Positions 21,988 through 32,036 of a stretch of DNA of 64,000 bases are shown in pieces. The DNA comes from Myxococcota bacterium. GTDB taxonomy: Bacteria; Myxococcota; UBA4151. The position numbers and the translations under genes are program-made. The stretch is from positions 52,529 to 116,528 of the forward strand of contig JAYZBQ010000009.1 of the NCBI GenBank assembly GCA_036338695.1, given 5' to 3'. Within the stretch, counting starts at the first letter, position 1; every line of letters begins with the position of its first letter. The notes under the pieces were generated by a model. The model had not been told where the DNA came from. It ran no database searches and saw only the letters and a list, made by a program, of their open reading frames with translations.

Positions 21988-23385
21988 ATGAAGACTGGAT
22001 TATTGATTGCCTTGGGTGTTGCCGTCGCCGTGGCGCTCGGATGGATGGGGACTCGAAAAAAGGAAGAACCTCAGCCGGCGCCTGAGCCAAAGCCCGAGCC
22101 CAAGCCGGAGCCCGTCGCTGAGCCCGCGCCGCAAGCCGCAGCGCCCAGCGAGAAACCAACCCTGGTGATGTCGCCCGAAGAGGCGCAACAGGCGGCCACT
22201 GAGTCGATGGCGTCCACCGAGCCGACGGTGACCCCAGAAGAGCCCACGCAAGAACCTGCGGCGGCAGAAGAGGCACCAGCGGAGCTAGAAGCGGCGACCG
22301 AGGGCGCGCTCGCCGATGACTCAGGCGATGAGGTCGAGCTTGAGAGCACCGCGGACGAAGATCCGAGCGAAGCTGAGACCGTGCTGGCTCCTGTCGAGGT
22401 ACCGGCGGCGACTGAGAACCCCGCAGGCGGCAACGCGGTCGTGTGCCTCCTCGACGTCGCCGGCGGCGACCTCTCGGTGCCTAACCGAGCGACCCTAAGC
22501 GCCGCACAGCAAGTCGCCAGCGCACGTGGCGCCGACTTGCACGTCGTCTGCATGGGGGCGGACACCTCCAGCGCAGCGAACGCTTCGGCAGAGGGGGTCA
22601 CCGCCGTCCACGCCATTACCCACGATCAACTCGGAGACGGCGTCGCTGAGACGTACTACGCTGCGGCGATGCAAGCGCTCGCTCAGGTGGCAGCGGACGT
22701 GGTGATCGCCCCATCGAGCAGCGTCGGCAAAGGGTACCTGCCCCGCCTCGCCGAACAGCTCGGCTGCGGCATGGTGACCGAGATTTTATCGGTCGAGTCC
22801 GGCGATACCTTCACGCGCGCCCTGTGGGCAGGAAGCGTCATCGCCACGGTCCAAGGCACCGGCCGACTGGTCGTCTCCGTGCGCGCCACCGGGTTTGAGC
22901 CCGCCGCCACGCAGGCTGCTGATGTTCAAGCGATCGCCTTTGAGCCCCCGCAGACCAAGACACGCTTTGTCGGCCGAGAGAAGACGGAGAGCGCCCGCCC
23001 GGATCTGAGCGAGGCGTCGGTTGTGGTCTCAGGCGGACGTGGCACCAAAGGCGACTTCGCCCCGATCGAGCAGCTTGCAGACGCCCTAGGGGCTGCGATG
23101 GGCGCCTCGCGCGCAGCGTGCGACGCAGGCTGGGTACCGAATGATCTCCAGGTCGGTCAGACCGGTAAGGTCGTGGCGCCGAGCCTCTACATCGCTGCGG
23201 GTCTATCCGGCGCGATCCAGCACATCGCAGGGATGAAGGGCTCGAAAACCATCGTTGCGATCAACAAGGACGAGGAGGCGCCGATCTTTGGCGTCGCCGA
23301 CTATGGGCTCGTCGCCGACCTGTTTGAGGTTTGTCCAGAACTTGCCGATAAGGTCAGTGAACAAGGACTAAAACCCACCGCCTAA
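21988..23385 (+). CDS. etfA: Electron transfer flavoprotein alpha subunit with N-terminal TM helix and acidic Pro/Glu/Ala linker
   Basis: [37 protein letters not shown]. About 145 extra N-terminal residues in the same open frame. Confidence 0.92.
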   Translation: MKTGLLIALGVAVAVALGWMGTRKKEEPQPAPEPKPEPKPEPVAEPAPQAAAPSEKPTLVMSPEEAQQAATESMASTEPTVTPEEPTQEPAAAEEAPAELEAATEGALADDSGDEVELESTADEDPSEAETVLAPVEVPAATENPAGGNAVVCLLDVAGGDLSVPNRATLSAAQQVASARGADLHVVCMGADTSSAANASAEGVTAVHAITHDQLGDGVAETYYAAAMQALAQVAADVVIAPSSSVGKGYLPRLAEQLGCGMVTEILSVESGDTFTRALWAGSVIATVQGTGRLVVSVRATGFEPAATQAADVQAIAFEPPQTKTRFVGREKTESARPDLSEASVVVSGGRGTKGDFAPIEQLADALGAAMGASRAACDAGWVPNDLQVGQTGKVVAPSLYIAAGLSGAIQHIAGMKGSKTIVAINKDEEAPIFGVADYGLVADLFEVCPELADKVSEQGLKPTA

Positions 23386-23415
23386 TGGTCTAAAGAGGGA
23401 AAGCGAGGGAGCAGC

Positions 23416-25458
23416 ATGCACGGGATCGCCGTCGTCTCGGTTTTAGGGGTCTCGCTGGCGCTTTTCGCCCGGAATTGCCTGCGCCTCGTGCGGATGATCC
23501 GGCTCGGCGTCGACGACTTCACGCTCTCGCACCTCGGAGGTCGCCTCAAGGATGTCGCCTACTACGTCATCGGTCAGGCGAAGCTGCTGCGTGACCCGGG
23601 CGCGGGCATCCTGCATATGGCGTTCTTTTATGGGTTCCTGCTGATCCAGATCGGGCTGGTGGAGTTCGTCCTCTCGGGCGTCCTCTTTGACGAACAAGGC
23701 AACGGCTTTAGCTACGCGTGGCTCTTTGGGACCCCTGCTGAATCCCTCATCATGAAGGGCTATTGGATCAGCCAAGAGCTGGCGATCTACGGCGTCGGCT
23801 TGGCCTGCTTCATCGCCATCTTCCGGCGCTGGTTCTTGCGCGCCTTCTTGCCGAGGCTCAAGAAACGCTCGGCCGACGCTGAGCTGATCATTTTGTTTAT
23901 TGCGATCCTCATGGTGACGCTTGCGGGCGTGCAAGCCGCAGATGTGGTCATGGGACACGGTGTCTTCGCCGACGCGCAAGGTGATTGGCTCTACGGACGG
24001 CCAGGGACTCGGCTGTTCGCTGCGGCCCTGACCACCGAGTCGGCCAAGGGGCTCTACCCCTTCTTCTGGTGGGGTCACTTCCTGACCATCATGATCTTCA
24101 TGAATTACCTGCCGTTCTCGAAGCACATGCACCTGCTCGGAGCGGTCCCAAACTTCTTCCTGCGCCCGCGCGGCGAAGGGCTTATCCTGAACCCGGTCGA
24201 CTTTGAGTCGAGCGAGGAGTTCGGTGTGGGCCGGGTCAACCTCTTTGGCGCCTCCGACCTGCTCGACACCTTCGCCTGCGCAGAGTGCAACCGCTGCACC
24301 GTGGTCTGCCCGGCGAACACGACCGGCAAGCCGCTCGATCCAGCCAAAATCGTGCACGACATGAAGGACAACCTCTACGCCAATGAGGTGAACCTACTCG
24401 ATTGGGTCAACAAAGGGAGCGAGGGCGAGCCCAACTGCGAGGTGAACCTCATCGGTGGGGCCGACAGCGAGGGCTCGATCCATTTTGACGAGCTCTGGAG
24501 CTGCACGACCTGTGGCGCCTGCGTCCAAGAGTGCCCAGTCGGGATCCGCCATGTGCCCAAGATCGTCGACATGCGCCGTCATATGGTGATGATGGAGGGC
24601 AACAATCCACCGGAGCTCGACTCGGTCTTTCGTGGGATGGAGACCAACGCCAACCCGTGGGGTCTGGGCGCGAACACCCGGTTTGACTGGGCTGACGGCT
24701 TGGAGATCCCGACCGTCGAGACCAACCCGGACTTCGAGTACCTGTATTACGTGGGCTGTGCTGGGAGCTTTGACGATCGAGCCAAGAAGATCACGGCGGC
24801 GATGGTCAAGCTGCTGCGGCTTGCGAACGTCAACTTCGCCGTGCTCGGCAAAGGCGAGAGTTGCAACGGCGAAACGGCCCGGCGACTCGGCAACGAATAC
24901 CTCTTCGTCGAGATGGCGGGTACGCTGATCGACACCTTCAAGCGCTACGACGTGCAGAAGGTCATCACGACCTGTCCCCACTGCCTCAATACGTTCAACA
25001 AGGACTATCCGACCGTCGACGCCGAGTTTCAGCTTGAGGTTCACCACCACACGGACTTCCTCAACGGCTTGGTCCGCTCCGGAGCGATTGCGCTCGATGC
25101 GAGCGACGCCGGGAAGGTCACCTATCACGACTCGTGCTATCTGGCGCGCTACAACGGGATCGAAGACAGCCCGCGCGACCTGCTCGAGGCCGCTGGGGCC
25201 GATCTGGTCGAGATGACGCGCAACCGCGACCGGGGTTTCTGCTGCGGCGCTGGGGGCGGTCGCATGTGGATGGAGGAGCACCTCGGGACGCGGGTCAACC
25301 ACAATCGAACCCAAGAGGCGGTTGAGACCGGCGCCACGACGGTGGCGGTCGCCTGCCCATTTTGCATGACCATGATCGGTGACGGCACCCGAGAGATCGG
25401 GGTCGATGACCAAGTCGTGGTCAAGGATATCGCCGAGGTTCTCGCCGAACGCGTCTAA
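23416..25458 (+). CDS. Membrane-bound Fe-S oxidoreductase (FadF-like; probable ETF:quinone oxidoreductase)
   Basis: N-terminal TM domain with His residues, two CxxCxxCxxxCP motifs, C-terminal CCG-type domains (CPHC, HDSC, CCGAGG, CPFC). Next to etfBA. Confidence 0.88.
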   Translation: MHGIAVVSVLGVSLALFARNCLRLVRMIRLGVDDFTLSHLGGRLKDVAYYVIGQAKLLRDPGAGILHMAFFYGFLLIQIGLVEFVLSGVLFDEQGNGFSYAWLFGTPAESLIMKGYWISQELAIYGVGLACFIAIFRRWFLRAFLPRLKKRSADAELIILFIAILMVTLAGVQAADVVMGHGVFADAQGDWLYGRPGTRLFAAALTTESAKGLYPFFWWGHFLTIMIFMNYLPFSKHMHLLGAVPNFFLRPRGEGLILNPVDFESSEEFGVGRVNLFGASDLLDTFACAECNRCTVVCPANTTGKPLDPAKIVHDMKDNLYANEVNLLDWVNKGSEGEPNCEVNLIGGADSEGSIHFDELWSCTTCGACVQECPVGIRHVPKIVDMRRHMVMMEGNNPPELDSVFRGMETNANPWGLGANTRFDWADGLEIPTVETNPDFEYLYYVGCAGSFDDRAKKITAAMVKLLRLANVNFAVLGKGESCNGETARRLGNEYLFVEMAGTLIDTFKRYDVQKVITTCPHCLNTFNKDYPTVDAEFQLEVHHHTDFLNGLVRSGAIALDASDAGKVTYHDSCYLARYNGIEDSPRDLLEAAGADLVEMTRNRDRGFCCGAGGGRMWMEEHLGTRVNHNRTQEAVETGATTVAVACPFCMTMIGDGTREIGVDDQVVVKDIAEVLAERV

Positions 25459-25539
25459 GCGACACCCCGAGCGTAGCGGCGGCTTTCTTGCCAACTTGGT
25501 GAGGACCAACTATCAGATGCACCCGAAGGTGGCGGTGTC

Positions 25540-25944
25540 ATGGCGAATCTACAAGATAAGCGGAACAAGATGCGAAAACGCTTTGCGCGTGTCCGCGTTG
25601 ATTTGCGTCTTGAGGTCGAGACCGAGACCGGAAGCCTGCACACCCGAGCGCGCAACCTGAGCGCCAAAGGGGTCATGTTCAACTCCGAGGGTGAGCTGGT
25701 CCCAGGGCAGCAGATTCACGTGCTGATCTACATCCCGCGCGGTCGAGAGGTGGACCTTCTCAAGATCAAAGGTGAGGTCATCTGGGTCCGCCGAGAAGAG
25801 GATCGCAGCTTCATCGTCGGGAGCACGTTCACGCGCTTTGCTCCAGGTGATGAGCGGCGCCTGCGGCAGTATCTCCTGCAGCACCTGCGCGGTGAAGACC
25901 CGCACCGAGCGCCTTATTTCGGGCGCGAAGGCAAGTTCGACTAA
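25540..25944 (+). CDS. PilZ domain protein
   Basis: RxxxR-type basic segment (RKRFAR) followed by NLSAKG ([D/N]xSxxG) and 'GEVIW'. Confidence 0.85.
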   Translation: MANLQDKRNKMRKRFARVRVDLRLEVETETGSLHTRARNLSAKGVMFNSEGELVPGQQIHVLIYIPRGREVDLLKIKGEVIWVRREEDRSFIVGSTFTRFAPGDERRLRQYLLQHLRGEDPHRAPYFGREGKFD

Positions 25945-25971
25945 GACCCTCCCTTTGGGTTCGAGGCGCTC

Positions 25972-26733
25972 ATGGCAGCTGCAGCCGTCATCCCCCACAC
26001 CCTCACGAGCCGCATCCGTGGCACGCTTGCGCTGATCTACCTCGTCTTTGGGGGGGTGACGGCTAGCCTCTTGGTCGTCCCGCTGGTGGTGTTTGGCGGT
26101 CGCCGCAATCGGGCACAACACATCGTCGAGCGCGTCTGGGCGGGGGGTGTTTTGTGGATCGCAGGCATCCGAGTCGAGGTGCGTGGGCGTGAACACCTCC
26201 CGGCGAGCGGCGCGGTGATCGTAGCGAACCACCGCTCCAACGCCGACGTCTTCTCGATCATGGGCGCCGCCGCCACACCAGCGCGGTTCATCGCCAAGGC
26301 GGAGCTGCGCTGGGTCTTCTTTATCAGCCTCGGGATGTGGATGACCGGCCACATCTTCGTCAAGCGAGGTCAGCGCAAGTCTGGTGGCAGGGCGCTCAAT
26401 GCGGCGGCAGAGGACCTCGGTCAGGGCGCCTGGGTCCTTCTGTTTCCCGAGGGCACGCGCGTCCAAACCGACAAAAGCCTGCCCTGGAAAAGCGGCGCCT
26501 TTCGACTCGCCATCCATGCGCAAGCGCCGGTCGTACCGACGGTAATCCATCATGCCCGTCGCCTGTGGCCGAGCAAAGCGCTGCTGCCGCGACCGGGCAC
26601 CATGATCGTCGAGTTCTTACCTAGTGTCTCGACGCAAGGGATGGTGCCCAAGGATCATACCTCACTGAGAAACCGCGTCCGTGACCAGGTGATCGAGCGC
26701 CACGAGCAAGGCCTCGCGTCAACAGCGAGCTGA
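25972..26733 (+). CDS. plsC: 1-acyl-sn-glycerol-3-phosphate acyltransferase family protein
   Basis: NHRSNAD (NHx4D), FIAKAEL, FPEGTR. Confidence 0.88.
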   Translation: MAAAAVIPHTLTSRIRGTLALIYLVFGGVTASLLVVPLVVFGGRRNRAQHIVERVWAGGVLWIAGIRVEVRGREHLPASGAVIVANHRSNADVFSIMGAAATPARFIAKAELRWVFFISLGMWMTGHIFVKRGQRKSGGRALNAAAEDLGQGAWVLLFPEGTRVQTDKSLPWKSGAFRLAIHAQAPVVPTVIHHARRLWPSKALLPRPGTMIVEFLPSVSTQGMVPKDHTSLRNRVRDQVIERHEQGLASTAS

Positions 26734-26832
26734 CCACCTCGGTAAGCGCTTTGGTGCCTTTGTGCTTTGCCAAGATGGGCTCGCAAGGGTACACCTTAGC
26801 TCGGCGCCTCCGAGCGGCCGATAGGAGTTTTT

Positions 26833-29800
26833 ATGATGCGGTGGATCACCGTTTTTTGCTGCCTGATCAGCGCGACCGTTTGGGCACAAGAACAAGAGCC
26901 GAACAACGACCGAGCGTCGGCGAACGCAATCGCTCACGGCGACGTCATCCGAGGCTCGATCACGCGCGGCGACGAAGACTACTTTACCATCACGCTGGGC
27001 GGTACGGCGACCATCGATGTCTGGACCGCAGCGGCGCAGGGTGGTCAGAACATGGACACCTACATCGAGATGTACCAAGAGGGGCAAGAAGCTCGAGTAG
27101 CGTTCAACGATGACCGGGGGGGGCGCGCTCAAGGGCTCTACAGCGGTCTGAACCGCCCTGACACACCGGCTGGAACCTACTACTTTAAAGTGCGCGGCTT
27201 CAGCGCCTTCTCGACCGGTGACTATCAGATTCATCTCGAGTTAAGCGGCGGCCCTGACCTGAGCGTCTCAAACTTTGCGCTCAACCCCCAGCCTGCTCCA
27301 AACCAGCCGTGGGCAGCCTCAGTACAGGTCAACAACGGCGTCGATGCAGCGATCGCCACGGTGGCGCGCCTTTACAACGGCGACGCCGTCATCGGCGAGC
27401 AGCCCGTCGCGGCGCTCGCCGCCAACGCCAACGCCCAGGTCGCCTTTGCGAACCTCGCAGCCCTGCCGATCGGTTATCACGACCTGCGCGTCTGCGCAGA
27501 CGCCACGGGCTTGATCCAAGAACTCGACGAAGAGAACAACTGCGCCACGCTGCGCGCCACCGTCGGCTTGGACGTCGTGGTTCAGAACCTAAGCCTCACC
27601 CCGAACAACCCGGACGTGGGTCAAGGGTGGGCAGCGCAAGCGACGATACGCAACGCGCTCGCCGGCGCGCTGCCTGCGGCGCAAGCCCAGCTGCTGCTCA
27701 ACGATGTACCCGCAGGTACCTGCGAAGTCCCGGAGATCGCCAACGGTGGTGAACACGTGTGTCAGTTCAACGAGCTCGCCGGCCTCCCCTCGGGCATCAC
27801 GGTGGTCAAGATCTGCGGCGACACCGGCGCAGCGATCGAGGAGGCGTCCGAAGAGAACAACTGCGCCGAGCGACGTATTGCGATCGGTTCTGATCTGATC
27901 ACAGAGAACCTGAACATCAACCCCGTCAACCCGGGGCTCAACGAGACCTTCAGCGCCAGCGTCCGTATTCGGAACCGCTTTGCGCCGGAGACGCCCGCCA
28001 CGGTCGCTCGTCTCTTCGTCGGTGATCAAAGCTGGGGCGAGTGCGAGGTCCCTGCGCTAGCTGCAGAGGCACACCACGACTGCTCGCTCGAGAACCTAAA
28101 TCCGCCGCCCGCTGGGCGACTCACGGTGCGTTTTTGCGCCGACGCCGAGGAGCAATGGGGCGAGCGAAACGAGGACAACAACTGCGCGGAGTCGAACTTC
28201 TTCAACGGGCCGGACCTGCAGATTCAGCAGGTTGTGCTCAACCCCAACCCCCCGGTTGAGGGGCGAGATGCCCAGGCGCTCATCGTGGTCCGCAACGCGG
28301 TCGCTGACCCCACCGACAACGCCACGACGGTGCGGATCACGGAGAACGGTCAGCCGGTCGGTCAGCCCTGCGCGATCGCCCCGGTCGGCGGCAACGGGAT
28401 CGGCGCCTGTCAGATCAACGAGCTGCGCTTTGAGGGTGGGGACCACACCCTGCGCATCTGCGCCGACGCCGACAACGAGCAGGTCGAGATCAACGAGGAG
28501 AACAACTGCACCGAGCTTCAGTTCAGCGTCGAGGATGTCGATGATTACGAGCCCGACAACACGCGCCTTGAGGCGACGTTGATCCGTGACAACGCCCCGC
28601 AAGACCATACCCTGCACAACGCCGAGGACATCGACTACCTGTTCTTCGTGGTCAACCGCCCGAGCGAGGCGCAGATCACGACCGGCCCCAGCCAAGAGGG
28701 CGACGCCTTCAACACGCGCGTTGCCCTGCTCGACGCCGAGGGGCGTGAGCTGACGAGCAACAACAACGGCGGCGAGGGCAACTGGTCTCGCCTCATCCGC
28801 GAGCTTCAACCGGCGACCTATTACATCCGGGTCAACCGCGGAGGAAATGACGCCGTCGATCGCTACCGGATCAACCTCCGGCTCATCGACCTCGCGGCGC
28901 GCCCACCCGACCTGAGCCTTGGCGTCGTGAGCGTGGCGCCGAACAACCTCTTCGCCGAGCAACCCTTTACGGTCTCAACCACCGTCAGCAATGCGGGGAA
29001 CGCCGGCGTGAGCCAGGCGACAATCGCACGCCTGACGATTAACGGCGACAACGCCGGTGAGTGCCAGCTCGCAGAGATTGCGACCGGGGGCAGCGCGCCG
29101 TGCTCGATCAACGTGGCTCAGGGCGTCGCCGCAGGTGACGTCGTCCTGCGCGTCTGCGTCGACCCTGCGAACGCCATGGAAGAGCGGGACGAGACCAACA
29201 ATTGCGGTCAGCTCAGCCTGCACCTCTTCGCCATCGACGAATTTGAGCCGGACAATGCGCGTGACGACGCCAGCGACCTACCCCTCGATGAGGCGCAGAG
29301 CCACACACTGCACGTCGCCGACGACACCGACTGGGTGCGTGTGACCATGAGCGAGCCGGGCACGCTCACCGTATCCGGCGTGCTGATCGAGGGCTCGGGT
29401 GGCGACATCGACGGCCGACTGACCGCGCCGGGCGGCGAGACGCTGGCGCGGGCGACCGGACAAGGTCCCGTCGAGTTGAGCTACGGACCCGCTGATCGCG
29501 GCGTCTTCTTTGTCGAGATCACGGGACGTGGCGGCGCGGCGGTCGATGGCTACACGCTCACCGCAACGCACCAGGGGATGAACGGGGACGTCGTCCGCGA
29601 CATCCGGCTCAGGAACGTGACGGTCGATCCAGAGGCGCCCGCACCAAACACCGCGTTTGCGGTGGACATTGACAGCGTCAATGACGGCAACCTGATCTCA
29701 TCTCCCACTCCTGTCGCCTTGTCCGTCGGCGGCGAGGAGATCACGCGCTGCGTGCTGCCTCCGGCGGATCCAGGTGACCGCACCCGGTGCCGCGACGTCG

Positions 29801-31011
29801 AGATGCCGGGCCTCGAAGAGGGCACTTATGAGCTCGAAGCCTGCATCGATCCGGACCAAGAACTCGGCGAATCCGAAGAGGCGCAAGCGAACAATTGCGC
29901 AACCATCGAGCTCGTTGTCGGCGAGCCAACGCCGCCGCAGAACGATCTTCGCCTCCAGAACCCATCGCTCAACCCCGCCGCGCCCATCGCCGGCGAGATG
30001 ATCACGCTGCGGATGGAGGTATTTTACCAAGGAGACGACTCGACGCCGCCCACGACAGTGGACATTAAAGTCAACGATGAGAGCGTCTTTACCTGTCAGA
30101 TCCCGGCGCTCGACGGCCGCATGACGCGCACGGCGCGCTGCCGCACCTTGCCCGGGGTCCTGCAGATGGGTGACGAGCCCCAGGTGATGCAGGCTTGCGT
30201 CGATCCGACCAACCAGATCGAAGAGACGGACGAGACCAACAACTGCATCCGGCTGCTGATGGCGCCCGGTGGGCTGATCGGCGACGACCCAGACCCCTAC
30301 GAGGAAGACAACACCTGGCAGACGGCAGGGTCGCTGCGAGACACCTCGGACGCAAACCGAGCACAAGAGCACAACCTGCACACCAGCGATGACGTCGACG
30401 TGATGAAGTTTACGCTGCAGCAGGACGATGCGATCAACGTTCGGCTCCAAGACGTCCTCGGCTCGGTCACGGTTCACCTGATCGACGGACCGGCCGCTGT
30501 CGGGGACGCAGGTGCCCGCATGGAGCTTGAGCTCGATTTCGACGACGAAGGGCTCGCGAGCACCGGTGAACTCTCGGCGGGGACCTATGGCTTGATAGTG
30601 CGCAGCGCCGATGGCTTCGCCGTCGGGCGCTACCGGATCAACGCATGGAGCGAACTCGGTCCACCCATCCCGGATGCCGGCCCTTTACCGCCGGACGCGG
30701 GACCTCCCGGCGAATGTGTTAGCAACGACGACTGCACCGGCGGTCAACGCTGTGTGACGGACGATCCCGAGCCATACTGCACCGACCCTTGCGAGACGGT
30801 TGTCGATTGTCCAGTTGGATTCCAGCTGACCTGTCGAGAGATCAGCGCAGGCACCAAGGCTTGCATCCGCGGCGAGGCGCCGCCGACCGTGGGTCCTGAG
30901 CCACCGGCGCAAAGCTGCGCCTGCAGCGGCGACATCGGGAGCGCTGGAACGCTCGGTTTCCTTGGGTTGCTGGCGCTGGCTTACAAGCGCCGGAGGCGAC
31001 ACGCCAGCTAA
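26833..31011 (+). CDS. Large surface protein with 7 CARDB-like and 4 PPC-like domains and MYXO-CTERM-like sorting tail
   Basis: Signal peptide, seven [PD]L...E..E.NNC units, four E[PE][ND]N-initiated PPC-like units. C-terminus is CAC + TM + KRRRR. Confidence 0.85.
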   Translation: MMRWITVFCCLISATVWAQEQEPNNDRASANAIAHGDVIRGSITRGDEDYFTITLGGTATIDVWTAAAQGGQNMDTYIEMYQEGQEARVAFNDDRGGRAQGLYSGLNRPDTPAGTYYFKVRGFSAFSTGDYQIHLELSGGPDLSVSNFALNPQPAPNQPWAASVQVNNGVDAAIATVARLYNGDAVIGEQPVAALAANANAQVAFANLAALPIGYHDLRVCADATGLIQELDEENNCATLRATVGLDVVVQNLSLTPNNPDVGQGWAAQATIRNALAGALPAAQAQLLLNDVPAGTCEVPEIANGGEHVCQFNELAGLPSGITVVKICGDTGAAIEEASEENNCAERRIAIGSDLITENLNINPVNPGLNETFSASVRIRNRFAPETPATVARLFVGDQSWGECEVPALAAEAHHDCSLENLNPPPAGRLTVRFCADAEEQWGERNEDNNCAESNFFNGPDLQIQQVVLNPNPPVEGRDAQALIVVRNAVADPTDNATTVRITENGQPVGQPCAIAPVGGNGIGACQINELRFEGGDHTLRICADADNEQVEINEENNCTELQFSVEDVDDYEPDNTRLEATLIRDNAPQDHTLHNAEDIDYLFFVVNRPSEAQITTGPSQEGDAFNTRVALLDAEGRELTSNNNGGEGNWSRLIRELQPATYYIRVNRGGNDAVDRYRINLRLIDLAARPPDLSLGVVSVAPNNLFAEQPFTVSTTVSNAGNAGVSQATIARLTINGDNAGECQLAEIATGGSAPCSINVAQGVAAGDVVLRVCVDPANAMEERDETNNCGQLSLHLFAIDEFEPDNARDDASDLPLDEAQSHTLHVADDTDWVRVTMSEPGTLTVSGVLIEGSGGDIDGRLTAPGGETLARATGQGPVELSYGPADRGVFFVEITGRGGAAVDGYTLTATHQGMNGDVVRDIRLRNVTVDPEAPAPNTAFAVDIDSVNDGNLISSPTPVALSVGGEEITRCVLPPADPGDRTRCRDVEMPGLEEGTYELEACIDPDQELGESEEAQANNCATIELVVGEPTPPQNDLRLQNPSLNPAAPIAGEMITLRMEVFYQGDDSTPPTTVDIKVNDESVFTCQIPALDGRMTRTARCRTLPGVLQMGDEPQVMQACVDPTNQIEETDETNNCIRLLMAPGGLIGDDPDPYEEDNTWQTAGSLRDTSDANRAQEHNLHTSDDVDVMKFTLQQDDAINVRLQDVLGSVTVHLIDGPAAVGDAGARMELELDFDDEGLASTGELSAGTYGLIVRSADGFAVGRYRINAWSELGPPIPDAGPLPPDAGPPGECVSNDDCTGGQRCVTDDPEPYCTDPCETVVDCPVGFQLTCREISAGTKACIRGEAPPTVGPEPPAQSCACSGDIGSAGTLGFLGLLALAYKRRRRHAS

Positions 31012-31823
31012 CGCTGACAGCTTCCGCAAAAGACGGTGCTGCGCCCGCCGAGCCGGATTAGCCGAAGCGGGCGTTCGCACTTGCGGCAGGGCTCACCTTG
31101 CCGGCCGTAAACAGCGAGCTGCTGGGCGAAGTAGCCGGGCGCGCCGTCCGACGACAAAAACGTCCGGACCGTGCTGCCGCCCGAATCGAGCGCTCGCTCA
31201 AGCACAGCGATGATCTCTCGCCGCAGCCGCCTCAGACGCGCTGGAGCCACCCGGTCTGCCGATCGACGCGGGTCAATCCCAGCCGCAAAAAGTGCCTCTG
31301 CGGCGTAGATGTTCCCAACACCGACGACGGTTTTCGCGTCCATAATCACCGGCTTGATCGCACGACTCGAGCGCTTACACGCGGCGATGAACGCTTCATC
31401 TGTCCAGCGCTCAGTGAGCGGCTCCGGGCCGAGGCCGACGAGGCGCGGGTGCGTTGCGAGCGCCGCCTCCGAGCAACGAAGCAGCATCCCAAAGCGGCGC
31501 GGGTCGCGATACCTCAACCAGCCGTCCGAGAGTTCGAGCCGCCAATGCTCATGACGCGCCCACGGTGGCTCGCCCTGGCTCACGAACAGCTGACCTGTCA
31601 TGCCGAGATGAACGAGCACCGCCTGACCGCTTGCGGTGATGATCAGGTACTTTGAGCGGCGCGCCACCTGCTCGATGGTCCGGCCACCCAATTCCGCCAT
31701 ATCGCCTACGCTCGCCTGCGCCCGCAAGGTGAGACCGCTCGAACGATAGCTGCCGATCTGCCGGCCGACCAGAAGCGGCTCGAGCGCTCGGCGGCAGGTC
31801 TCAACCTCAGGGAGTTCCGGCAC
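31008..31823 (-). CDS. mutM: Formamidopyrimidine-DNA glycosylase
   Basis: PELPEVET N-terminus (GTG start 31823, GAGGA upstream), HLGMTG, GVGNIYA, C-terminal Zn finger. Confidence 0.97.
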   Translation of the reverse strand: MPELPEVETCRRALEPLLVGRQIGSYRSSGLTLRAQASVGDMAELGGRTIEQVARRSKYLIITASGQAVLVHLGMTGQLFVSQGEPPWARHEHWRLELSDGWLRYRDPRRFGMLLRCSEAALATHPRLVGLGPEPLTERWTDEAFIAACKRSSRAIKPVIMDAKTVVGVGNIYAAEALFAAGIDPRRSADRVAPARLRRLRREIIAVLERALDSGGSTVRTFLSSDGAPGYFAQQLAVYGRQGEPCRKCERPLRLIRLGGRSTVFCGSCQR

Positions 31824-31894
31824 GGCTTCATCCTCGCGTTGATCGCCCCACTCCGAGGTGTCACAGCGTCTTCGTGCGATCAAGCTGGCCATAC

Positions 31895-31915
31895 TGACTG
31901 AGTGATCATTCAGTC
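31895..31915. promoter_or_regulatory. Palindromic TF-binding site between mutM and GS-III
   Basis: GACTGAGTGATCATTCAGTC near-perfect palindrome. Also reads TGACTGA-GTGA-TCATTCA, one mismatch to the box at 19303. Confidence 0.6.
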
Positions 31916-32036
31916 TAAACCGACCAAACCTAAAGCGCGACTTGAAGCATAGGTCATCTGTCGCATTAACGGGGCTTGCGTCGTCGAAGGCTCCGACGCA
32001 TGGAGGCGGTGTCATTTTGCGAATGAGAGCGCCACC

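Noticed and set aside
31920..32036. Known glutamine riboswitch or tRNA in the mutM-glnN gap
   Set aside because: No recognisable match to the glnA-motif consensus or a cloverleaf. Kept only as an unassigned structured leader.
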